Assembly (NCBI GenBank): GCA_021779995.1 | Contig: JAJXZP010000146.1 | Location: forward strand, 8,202-72,201 | Length of the DNA stretch: 64,000 bases | Direction: 5' to 3' | DNA from: a bacterium | Lineage (GTDB): Bacteria; Spirochaetota; Spirochaetia; Treponematales; Rectinemataceae | Shown here: positions 27,465-35,782 of the stretch, piece by piece | Layout: each line of letters starts with the position of its first letter | Position numbering within the stretch: the first letter of the stretch is position 1 | Position numbers and translations under genes: made by a program | The notes under the pieces: generated by a model | Databases searched by the model: none | Told to the model about the DNA's origin: nothing | What the model saw: only the letters and a program-made list of their open reading frames with translations

Positions 27465-29225
27465 TCAAAACATCTTGGCCGCGGCTTCCTGGCACATTTC
27501 CAGGAAGCCGTCGGGTGAATCGGCGGAGGCTATGCTGGAAGCGAGCACTTCGCCGGTCTCGACCGAAATCAGCCGCACGTTCAGGTAGTACTTCTTGCCC
27601 ACGAGACTGACGGTCCCGGTGACGATGATGTCGGCGCCGGAGAGCTTGCCCACCTTGACCGCCGCGGTGTCGCTCGAGGCGAAGGCGTCGCTCGATTGCA
27701 GTTCGAGTTCCTTCATGATCTTGTCGATGTCGCCGCGGTCCACGATGGACACGGAGCCCACGTTGACGAAGGCGTTTTCAAGGAAGGTCGTCATGCCGTC
27801 GAGAACGTCCTGGCCGACGTTTTTCGTGGCGCTGGTGAGTCCCACGACGGCCAGTTTCTTACCGTTGATGTCGATGCGCCGTTGCGTGAAGTACGAAGTC
27901 TGGCTCGAGGCGCCGGCCGGCGCCTCCTGACGGGCCGTGGCGTCGCCCGTGCCGGGCGCGGGGCCGTTGCCGTTCGAAGCCGCCGGCGAGCCCCGAGCCT
28001 TCCATGCGGCGAGACGGAGCGCGCGGACGCGTTCGTCCATGCTCAAGGTGCGTCCCTTGGTGGTTTGCCCGGCGCCGATTCCGATTTCGTCGGGAGAGAG
28101 GAATCCCCGCCCCTGGACGTCGAGGGCCGCGTCCAGGGGATTGGAAGGATTGACGGGGTGGGGCCTGAAGAACTCGAGCGCCTGACGCAGTTCGTTGCCC
28201 TCCAATTTGCCGTCGCCGTTCGAATCGAAGGCCGCAAGCAGCTTAGGCGGGACGGCGGGGACGCCGCCTCCCCAGGCGAGGCCGCGCGCGTCGGCCTGGA
28301 GTTCGGCTTCGGTGACGATGCCGTCGCCATTGATGTCGAGCAGCGCGTCGGCCTTGGTCGCGACGGAGAAAGGACCTTTGACATAGGAGAAGGCGCTGAC
28401 GGCCGGGACGAAGGCGGCGCGGCGCGCCTCCTCGATATCGGCGTAGGTTATGTAGCCGGTACCTTCGAAATCGATGGCTCTATCGAAGGCTGTCTTGACC
28501 GGATGCGGGCCCTTAAGCGACTCATCGGCGATGAGCGCCTCTTCTTCCGACACGACTCCGCTGCCGCTCGTGTTCGCATAGGCCTGGAGCTGGTTCTTGA
28601 CGGGGCCCCGGATCACCAGCGGAATCGCGGTTCCGCTAGTGGCGAGCAAGGGGCGAGTCCCGAGAAACGCCTCCGCGGCTCCTCGGGAGATGAGATCGAC
28701 CGCCATCCTGATGGCTCGTTCATCGAAGGCGCGGGCCCCTTCGCCCGCGAGCTTGCGTTCGAAGTCGTTGGCGAAGAAGTGAGGGACGAGGAGCTGGCGG
28801 GGGCGACCGAAGAGGTATTCCCGCCAAATGCCGATGTCCTCCCGGGAGAGGACGGCGCGGGGAGGGGCGGCGAGCCGTCGGGCGAGAGCGGGATCTATAT
28901 CGTTCAATTTGAGCAGATCTTCACCGTAGAAATACTCGCGCGCGAAGCGCAGCTCTTCCCGCTCGATGCGGCCGTTGAAGTCGCGGTCGAAGATGAGATC
29001 GAGGGAGCTCCGCACGGGATGCGGCCCTCTGCAGAGCCCCCAGATGGCGCGGCCGATCTGATCCATCCGTCTGGCATCGGGGGTTTGATCGGGGCCGAGC
29101 CCGAGTGCCGAGCGGATTCTCGCCGGGTCGGGGCGGGAAAATGCCTGCTGAGAGCGAGCCCTGGGTGGGCTCGCGCAGGAAAAGACGAGGCAGGCGGCCA
29201 GGGCGACGCCGAACATACGCTTCAT
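27465..29225 (-). CDS. Lipoprotein with multiple EF-hand/dockerin-like calcium-binding loops and a C-terminal CsgG/LpoB-like domain
   Basis: MKRMFGVALAACLVFSC lipobox. DxDxDG-type loops are present (DRDFNGRIEREEL, DINGDGIVTEAEL, DSNGDGKLEGNEL, DFEGTGYITYADI). The C-terminus (KKLAVVGL...IVDRGDIDKIMKELELQ...GADIIVTGTV...YYLNVRLISVETGEVL) resembles CsgG/LpoB/FlgO-type domains. Confidence 0.7.
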   Translation of the reverse strand: MKRMFGVALAACLVFSCASPPRARSQQAFSRPDPARIRSALGLGPDQTPDARRMDQIGRAIWGLCRGPHPVRSSLDLIFDRDFNGRIEREELRFAREYFYGEDLLKLNDIDPALARRLAAPPRAVLSREDIGIWREYLFGRPRQLLVPHFFANDFERKLAGEGARAFDERAIRMAVDLISRGAAEAFLGTRPLLATSGTAIPLVIRGPVKNQLQAYANTSGSGVVSEEEALIADESLKGPHPVKTAFDRAIDFEGTGYITYADIEEARRAAFVPAVSAFSYVKGPFSVATKADALLDINGDGIVTEAELQADARGLAWGGGVPAVPPKLLAAFDSNGDGKLEGNELRQALEFFRPHPVNPSNPLDAALDVQGRGFLSPDEIGIGAGQTTKGRTLSMDERVRALRLAAWKARGSPAASNGNGPAPGTGDATARQEAPAGASSQTSYFTQRRIDINGKKLAVVGLTSATKNVGQDVLDGMTTFLENAFVNVGSVSIVDRGDIDKIMKELELQSSDAFASSDTAAVKVGKLSGADIIVTGTVSLVGKKYYLNVRLISVETGEVLASSIASADSPDGFLEMCQEAAAKMF

Positions 29226-29302
29226 TGCAAAGTTCCTCCGGGAGAAGAGACGATAGCGGCGCAGGTCGTCAGACTGGCTCACCGCGAGACGGGGTCTCCG
29301 GC

Positions 29303-30499
29303 TCACTTATCGAGAAAAACGGCTGTTCTCCGATTCTGCCAGCGTTCGGCGATATCGCTGTCCGGGACGATCTGATCCGCCGCGCCCACCCCGTCGGTGG
29401 TGATGAGGTCCGCCGAGATACCCCGATCGACCATCGCCTGCTTGATGGCGTCGGAACGGGCCTTGGATAGCGGCAGGAGGACGGTTTCCTGCTCGATCTT
29501 GCCGAGCGCGGGATTGTCCCAATGGATCATGACGGCATGTCCGACGATCCTGATCTTGTAGTCGGGGAACTTCTTGAGCTTCGCGGCCAGCTCGTCGAGT
29601 CGGGCGATATTCTGTTTCTGCAGCTTGGGAGGAACGTCCCGGTAATCGGGCGTGAAGGGCTTGAAGTAAATGCGGGTGTCGGGAATTTTGAAGCCCGTGG
29701 GCGTTTTGAGGACCAGCAAGTCGATGTGGATGGTGTCTTTGACCACTCCCGTATTGCCGTACTCGTCACGGAGCTTGAGGCTTATCGGATAATCGGCCGC
29801 CGAGACGACGAGATCGCCGTTGATCCCCTTGCCGTCCCACTGGAGCGAAGCGCTGGCGCCCTTGCCGCTGAAGGTCTTGAATAGGTTGCCTGCGGGATCG
29901 AAAATCTCGAGTTCCCAGCTGTCGATGGCGGCCAGGGCGGAATGCGCATCGAGGGAAATGGCGAGGGTGTCGGACGGATTGACCGGCGCGAACAGCTTCG
30001 GATTCAGGCCGATCGTCGCCGTCGGAGGAGTCCGGTCGAGCACGAAGGGTTTGGTCGAGGCTGTGCCCGGCGTGAAGGCGTCGCCGTAATCCACGGAGAG
30101 CGAGGCGGTGTAGCGGCCTTCCGGAGCGGGGGAGCCGGAATCGTTCGCGCCGTCCCACGAAAGACTGGAGGGGAGCTTCGTGCCGGTCCCGGAGAAGCTG
30201 CGCTGAACGCCGGCCGGCCCGGCTATCTGGACCTTCCAGCTTTTCACCGATTCGCCCTTGGCGAAAAGCAGCGAAAAATCGATCGAGGTATGACCGTTGT
30301 CGGCCAGGGGCGAGAAGCCCTCGACTTCGGCCTCGATGAGGCTCGTTCCTGCGCCGGCCGTCGCGGAGGTCTGCGCAGGCACCGCCTGGGCGGCCGAGGC
30401 TTGCGAGGTCTGGGCGGGGGCCACGGGCTTGGTGGTCTGGCACGACATGACAAGAACGGAGAGGAGAGCCGCGAAAACGATGACGCCGATGTGTTTCAT
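29303..30499 (-). CDS. OmpA-family peptidoglycan-binding lipoprotein with FlgD-Ig-like repeats
   Basis: MKHIGVIVFAALLSVLVMSC lipobox and two Ig-like segments (WDG..D.G...P.G.Y). The C-terminal OmpA-like domain includes RIVGHA and NRRTAVFL. The start was moved to ATG 30499. Confidence 0.75.
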   Translation of the reverse strand: MKHIGVIVFAALLSVLVMSCQTTKPVAPAQTSQASAAQAVPAQTSATAGAGTSLIEAEVEGFSPLADNGHTSIDFSLLFAKGESVKSWKVQIAGPAGVQRSFSGTGTKLPSSLSWDGANDSGSPAPEGRYTASLSVDYGDAFTPGTASTKPFVLDRTPPTATIGLNPKLFAPVNPSDTLAISLDAHSALAAIDSWELEIFDPAGNLFKTFSGKGASASLQWDGKGINGDLVVSAADYPISLKLRDEYGNTGVVKDTIHIDLLVLKTPTGFKIPDTRIYFKPFTPDYRDVPPKLQKQNIARLDELAAKLKKFPDYKIRIVGHAVMIHWDNPALGKIEQETVLLPLSKARSDAIKQAMVDRGISADLITTDGVGAADQIVPDSDIAERWQNRRTAVFLDK

Positions 30500-30656
30500 G
30501 TGATTTCCCTTTTTCACGAAGCGATGACGTGGGAAGACTTTTCGAAGCAGTACGGGTTCAAAGAGTCCCCCAAATCCCAGAAAGACTAGCGCTTCCGACC
30601 CATGAATCGTCAAGCCCCGAACCGTTTTCATGTCGAGGCGGACAGCCGAAGGAGGG

Positions 30657-31700
30657 CTAGCCGAGGGCGGCAAGCGCGCGATCGAGGGCCTCGTACGCTC
30701 TTGCCTTGGCGGCATCGTCCATGAAAGCGGCGCGAATTCCGTTGCGGACGAGGTCGAGCACCGCCTCGCGTCCGAAGCCGAGCCGCCGCTCGACCGAAGC
30801 GTACTCGTCCTCGAGCTCGACATCGAAGAGAACGGGGTCGTCGGTGTTGAGTGTCACGACGAGCCCCCGATCGTAGAATTGCCGGATCGGATGATCTTCA
30901 TACCTCCGGACATACTTGCCGGTGACGACATTGCTGGTCGGGCAAATCTCTAGTGGAATCGAGCGCTCCTTGAGCAGGTCCATGAGCGCCGGATCCTGGA
31001 TCGCCGAAGTGCCGTGGCCGATGCGCTCGGCCCCGAGCTCGAGCACGGCTTCGCGGATCGATTCGGGCCCCACCTCTTCGCCGGCATGGGCCACGACGTG
31101 GAGCCCCGTCTGCTTCGCCGCCCGGAAAACATCTTTATACACCCGGCAGGGATTTCCGGCCTCTTGGCCCCCGAGTCCTATGCCGAGCACGCGATCGGTG
31201 GAACGTTTGGACAGGTAATCGAGCAGCAAGCTGAGGTTGTGCGCCGCGTTATCGAAGCCGAAGGCGCGGGACACATCGACCAGAATGCGGATGTCCGGCC
31301 CCCCTGCCGCCGCCACCGCGGCGAAGCCTTCCACCAAGGGGTCCATGATTCCGGCGAAATCCACCTCGCCCCGCCTCAAGACCATGGACGGAGCGACGAA
31401 AAGCTCGAGGTAGCTGATGGTGTTGCGCAGAGCGTAGTCTCGGACGTCTGATACGATGTAGAGGAAATCCTCGGGCGAGCGGAAGAGCGATTGCAGGTAG
31501 AAAAAATTCTTGATCATCGTCTCGAGACTGTCCATCTTCAGCAATTTGCGGAAATCCGCGGGGTTTTTGAGGGAGGGGTCGGCCCCGTATTTGCTGTTGA
31601 GGGCGAAGTAGCTGTCGAAGCTGACGGTGGCCTCGGCATGGATATGGATTTCCGTTTTCGGGAGCGAATGTATGAAATCTGAAACGTTGCGCGGTGCCAT
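30657..31700 (-). CDS. add: Adenosine deaminase
   Basis: LPKTEIHIHAE, HAGEE and the TLNTDDP context are present. The start is tentatively Met at 31700 (GGGGG upstream). The ORF track extends to 31748. Confidence 0.85.
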   Translation of the reverse strand: MAPRNVSDFIHSLPKTEIHIHAEATVSFDSYFALNSKYGADPSLKNPADFRKLLKMDSLETMIKNFFYLQSLFRSPEDFLYIVSDVRDYALRNTISYLELFVAPSMVLRRGEVDFAGIMDPLVEGFAAVAAAGGPDIRILVDVSRAFGFDNAAHNLSLLLDYLSKRSTDRVLGIGLGGQEAGNPCRVYKDVFRAAKQTGLHVVAHAGEEVGPESIREAVLELGAERIGHGTSAIQDPALMDLLKERSIPLEICPTSNVVTGKYVRRYEDHPIRQFYDRGLVVTLNTDDPVLFDVELEDEYASVERRLGFGREAVLDLVRNGIRAAFMDDAAKARAYEALDRALAALG

Positions 31701-31820
31701 ATGGAATGCCCCCGACTGGTTGTAATCTAACGATTTCATTATCGACAATCACTATAGCGCCAGACGAGCCAAAACGCAACGCGCCGATCGACGGGGCCTG
31801 TCCGGTCGGCGAACCAGAAG

Positions 31821-32102
31821 CTAAAACTCGATCGAAAAGGTTGGGTAGGACCCGGTCGGTTCGCGGGGCTCGGCCCGGACCTCCCGGATCCAGGCGCCGG
31901 GAGGCCCCTCGTCGAGCCAGGCCCGGTAGTCGGCGAGGGCGCCGCGCTCCCCCTCGACCCAGAGCTCGACCGATCCGTCGGGCAGATTCCTCACCCAGCC
32001 GCGGAGGTCGAGGCGGAGCGCCTCTCTCCGCGCGCTGTAGCGGAAACCCACCCCCTGCACCCGGCCATCGACGAGGGCGCGGAACGCGCCGTCCGAGGCC
32101 AT
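31821..32102 (-). CDS. acyP: Acylphosphatase
   Basis: 93-aa ORF. VDGRVQGVGFRYSARREA and GWVRNLPDGSVE are acylphosphatase signatures. Its ATG directly abuts the stop of the upstream receiver gene (TAGATG). Confidence 0.9.
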   Translation of the reverse strand: MASDGAFRALVDGRVQGVGFRYSARREALRLDLRGWVRNLPDGSVELWVEGERGALADYRAWLDEGPPGAWIREVRAEPREPTGSYPTFSIEF

Positions 32103-32474
32103 CTAGCGCTCCGCGTCCCCAGGGCGCGAGGCCAGAAGCGCGGCGAGGCGTCGTTCGAGTTCTTCGTAGTCGAAGGGCTTGTAGACGACTTCGAAGGGAA
32201 TATCGAAATCCGGCCTGAGGAAGCCCGAGGTGATGATGATCCGCGTGTCCGGACAATAGGTCTTCAGGAAGCGGATCCAATAGTCGCCGCCGAACACTTC
32301 CATGCGGTAGTCGGACACGATGATATCGACATTGTAGTCGAGGATGAGCTTGATAGCCCCGACCCCGTCGGAGGCTACGAGGACATCGTAGCCTTTTTTC
32401 GTCAAATAATCGCGCAGCGAGAGGCGGATCGAGTCCTCGTCCTCTACGACGAGGACAAGGGCCTTACTGGGCAT
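32103..32474 (-). CDS. Stand-alone response-regulator receiver domain protein (CheY-like)
   Basis: 123-aa ORF. VLVVEDEDSIR..., DIIVSDYRM and the KPF context are present. It overlaps the upstream gene by 11 nt. Confidence 0.85.
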   Translation of the reverse strand: MPSKALVLVVEDEDSIRLSLRDYLTKKGYDVLVASDGVGAIKLILDYNVDIIVSDYRMEVFGGDYWIRFLKTYCPDTRIIITSGFLRPDFDIPFEVVYKPFDYEELERRLAALLASRPGDAER

Positions 32475-33087
32475 CGTGGGCCTTCGCCTTGCCGGCGAGT
32501 TCGGATACGGAAGAGGTGACGGACTCGAAATCGAGGGGCTTGGCGAAGAAGGCGTCGGCGCCTTCGGCGAGGATGGCTTGGCTTTCCTCGGGACGGTCGA
32601 GCCCGGTCATCGCGATGATAAAAGGTTTGCCGAAGACGGGGTCTTCCTTGATTTTCCGGCAGAGGGCGTGTCCATTGATCCCGGGGAGGTCGATGTCGAG
32701 CACGACGAAGCCGGGGCGCTTCTCGGCGATGAGGCGGCCGGCCTCGAAGCCGTCGAAGGCCTGGTGGATCGTGAAGGAGGCGAGCTTGCGCTCGAACCAA
32801 CGTTTCAGGAGGTCGTTGAGCTCCGCGTCGTCGTCGACGACGAGGATCGAAGACCAGTTGACGTCATCCTTGAACCGCTCGTCGAGTTCGGGCGGCACCC
32901 GCATGCCGCGCGAATCGAGAAATTCCGTAAGGTCTTCGGCGTAGATTCGATATTGGCCGCCGGGGGTCGTGAAGGCCTTGAGATACCCGTTACGGATCCA
33001 GTTGATGGCAGTCTGGTTCACCACTCCGCAGAGATTAGCCACTTCGAGGGCGGAAAAGATTCGAATCTTCTTGGCGCTTTTGGACAT
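32464..33087 (-). CDS. Response regulator with N-terminal excisionase/MerR-type HTH DNA-binding domain and C-terminal receiver domain
   Basis: 207-aa ORF. IFSALEVANLCGVVNQTAINWIRNGYLKAFTTPGGQYRI is HTH_17-like. ILVVDDDAELN...VVLDIDLPGINGHALCRKIK...AKP is the receiver. Confidence 0.8.
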   Translation of the reverse strand: MSKSAKKIRIFSALEVANLCGVVNQTAINWIRNGYLKAFTTPGGQYRIYAEDLTEFLDSRGMRVPPELDERFKDDVNWSSILVVDDDAELNDLLKRWFERKLASFTIHQAFDGFEAGRLIAEKRPGFVVLDIDLPGINGHALCRKIKEDPVFGKPFIIAMTGLDRPEESQAILAEGADAFFAKPLDFESVTSSVSELAGKAKAHDAQ

Positions 33088-33248
33088 AGACCTTCCTGCC
33101 TAAGGATGCGATTTATTATAGCCATTATATCCATAATGTCAAAGCCAAGTTTTCATCGCGTCGACGAGGGGCCGGCGCCTGCATTATGGCTTCTTCCACG
33201 CCATATCGCTATTGATTTTTCGTGCGGTATAGGCATACCGTAGCCGGC

Positions 33249-35735
33249 ATGGAATTGACCGAAGAGTTCATCGAGGGTTTGAAGGTCGACGAAGTGGCGG
33301 TCATGAATAAGATCGCCTCGGAGCTGGCCATCCGAACGAGCCAGGTTTCCGCCGTCATCGCTCTCGTCGCCGAAGGCTGCACCGTTCCCTTCATCAGCCG
33401 CTATCGGAAGGAGCGGACCGGGAGTCTCGACGAGGTCCAGGTTCGAGACTCCGAGCACAAGTTCGAGACCTACAAGAACCTCGAAGAACGCCGGATCGAG
33501 GTCATCCGCGGGATATTCGCTCTCGGGAAGCTGTCGGAGGAATTGTACGGCAACCTCCGCAAGGCCCAAAGCCTGACCGAGATCGAGGACATCTGGCTGC
33601 CCTTCAAGAAAAAAAAGAAGACGCGCGGCATGCTGGCCCAGGAGCGGGGACTCGAACCCCTGGCCGCGATCATGCTCGCCGAGGACGAGGCGGCCGTCGA
33701 CGAGGCCGCGCCTCGTTTCGTGAAAGAAGTTCCCGACAAGCCCGAGCTCGGCGTCGCCAACGCGCGCGAGGCCATCCAGGGCGCCATGGACATCATAGCC
33801 GAGCGCCTCTCGCAGGACCCGGACAATCGGGCCGCCGTCAAGAGGCACTTCGTCTCGGGGGGACGGCTGGTCGTCAAGGGCGTGGGCGACGAGGACAAGA
33901 AAGCCCAGTCCACCTATCAGATGTACTGGGACTACGCGGAGCCGCTCAATGCGCTCAAACCTCATCGGGTGCTCGCCATTAACCGCGGGGAGCGCGAGGG
34001 CGAGCTGGAGACCGACCTCGAGGTCGACCTGGACGGTGCCTCCTCGCTTTTGCAGTCCCGCGTCCGCGTGGCCAACCGCTATCACCGCGAGGCGATCGAC
34101 GACAGCCTGCGCCGCCTCCTCGGCCCCGCGGTCCTGCGGGAGATCAGGACCGCGGCCTCCGACTTCGCGGACGGCCACGGGATCGACGTCTTCTCCGAGA
34201 ACCTCAAGAATCTCCTCATGCAGCCGCCCATCAAGGGAACGCGGGTGCTCGGCGTCGACCCGGGCATCAGGACCGGCACGAAGTGCGCAGCCCTCGACGA
34301 GACCGGGAAATTCCTGGACTATTTCTTGATTTACCAGGAGCGCGACGCCGAGGCGGCCAAGAAGGCCATCGCCGAGTCGGTGAAGAAGCACGGCCTTAAG
34401 CTCGTCGCCGTGGGCAACGGCACCGCGAGTCACGAGACCCAGCTGGTGGTGGCGGCCGCCATCGAGGAGAACCGCCTCGATTGCGAGTTCACCGTCGTCG
34501 ACGAGGACGGCGCCTCGGTCTACTCCGCGAGCGACGTGGCGCGCGAGGAGTTCCCCGAGCTCGACCTCACTATCCGCGGCGCCATCTCCATCGGCCGGAG
34601 GCTGCAGGACCCGCTGGCCGAGCTCGTCAAGATCGATCCCAAGTCGATCGGCGTCGGTCTCTACCAGCACGACGTCAACCAGAAGCGCCTTTCGGAGACC
34701 CTGGACGAGGTCGTGGGCTCGGTCGTCAACCGGGTGGGCGTGAACCTCAACACCGCGAGCCATTCCCTGCTCAAGTACGTGTCGGGCATCAATACCGGGC
34801 TGGCGAAGAAGATCGTCAAATACCGCGAGACGAAGGGGCAGATACTGTCCCGCGACACTCTTCGGGAAATTCCCGGCCTCGGCGACAAGACCTTCGAGCA
34901 GTGCGCCGGCTTCCTCAAGATACCCGAGAGCCAGAACCTCCTCGACAATACCTGGGTTCACCCGGAGAACTACGCCCTCGCCCTGGAAATCCTGGACCTT
35001 GTGCGCTCGGGGAGCGAGCCGAACGGCGAGCTCAGAGCCGAGCTCAAGACGAAGTATGAGGTGGGCGACACGACGCTCAACGACATCGTCGCCGAGATCA
35101 AGAGGCCGAACCGGGATCCGCGCGACAATTTCCCGAAGCCGGTGCTGCAGAAGGGCGTCGTCACCTTCGAGGACCTCGCCGAAGGCATGAAGGTCACGGG
35201 CAAGGTGAAGAACGTCGTCGATTTCGGCGCCTTCGTCGAGATCGGCATCAAGGAGAGCGCCCTGATCCACGTCTCCGAGATGTCCGACCGCTTCGTGAAG
35301 GATCCCATGGAAGTGCTCAAGGTCGGGGACGTCCGGGAGTTCCGCATCATCTCGCTCGATCCGGTCAGGCGACGGATCGGGCTCTCCCTCAAGAGCGAAG
35401 GCAGGGCCGCAGCCCCATCGCAATCGGCTCGGCCGGACCATGCCGACCGCGGCGGTCCGGAACGCCGGTCGGAGCGCCGACCGGAGGAGCGCACGGCCGC
35501 TCAGGGCGCCGGAAGGCCCCAGGATGCGCCGCCGGCGGGGGGCCGTAGGCAGCAGGGACCGGCGCCGAGACCGGTGAACCCCGATCGGGCCGCAGCGGGC
35601 GATCGCGAAGCGCCCCGCCGCGATTCCCAGTTTTCGGGTGCGAAGCCTCGACGTGAGGAACGTCCTTCGCCGAGGGACGACGACGGCATGACCTACAATC
35701 CTTTCGCCGAGCTGCTGAAGAGCCGAGGGAAGTAA
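33249..35735 (+). CDS. tex: Tex-like RNA-binding transcription accessory protein (YqgF/HhH/S1 domains) with basic C-terminal tail
   Basis: VPFISRYRKERTGSLDEVQ, the YqgF-like region GVDPGIRTGTKCAALDETG, and the S1 domain GMKVTGKVKNVVDFGAFVEIG are present. The start is either ATG 33249 or GTG 33222. Confidence 0.9.
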   Translation: MELTEEFIEGLKVDEVAVMNKIASELAIRTSQVSAVIALVAEGCTVPFISRYRKERTGSLDEVQVRDSEHKFETYKNLEERRIEVIRGIFALGKLSEELYGNLRKAQSLTEIEDIWLPFKKKKKTRGMLAQERGLEPLAAIMLAEDEAAVDEAAPRFVKEVPDKPELGVANAREAIQGAMDIIAERLSQDPDNRAAVKRHFVSGGRLVVKGVGDEDKKAQSTYQMYWDYAEPLNALKPHRVLAINRGEREGELETDLEVDLDGASSLLQSRVRVANRYHREAIDDSLRRLLGPAVLREIRTAASDFADGHGIDVFSENLKNLLMQPPIKGTRVLGVDPGIRTGTKCAALDETGKFLDYFLIYQERDAEAAKKAIAESVKKHGLKLVAVGNGTASHETQLVVAAAIEENRLDCEFTVVDEDGASVYSASDVAREEFPELDLTIRGAISIGRRLQDPLAELVKIDPKSIGVGLYQHDVNQKRLSETLDEVVGSVVNRVGVNLNTASHSLLKYVSGINTGLAKKIVKYRETKGQILSRDTLREIPGLGDKTFEQCAGFLKIPESQNLLDNTWVHPENYALALEILDLVRSGSEPNGELRAELKTKYEVGDTTLNDIVAEIKRPNRDPRDNFPKPVLQKGVVTFEDLAEGMKVTGKVKNVVDFGAFVEIGIKESALIHVSEMSDRFVKDPMEVLKVGDVREFRIISLDPVRRRIGLSLKSEGRAAAPSQSARPDHADRGGPERRSERRPEERTAAQGAGRPQDAPPAGGRRQQGPAPRPVNPDRAAAGDREAPRRDSQFSGAKPRREERPSPRDDDGMTYNPFAELLKSRGK

Positions 35736-35782
35736 GCTCGGGTGCATTTTCGGCGCGGCCGTGCCGCCGGACAGGGGACTAG

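Noticed and set aside
33609-33616. A8 run in tex (FKKKKKTRG) as a second recoding site
   Set aside because: The shifted -1 frame stays open for roughly 38 codons, rather than terminating at once as in dnaX. It looks like an ordinary in-frame lysine tract.
33153-35747. 864-aa ORF on the minus strand spanning the whole tex gene
   Set aside because: It is exactly antisense to a clearly homologous Tex CDS. The composition (very rich in D/E/G/V/A/L/H/R) is typical of the stop-poor antisense frame of GC3-rich genes. I see no recognisable domains.
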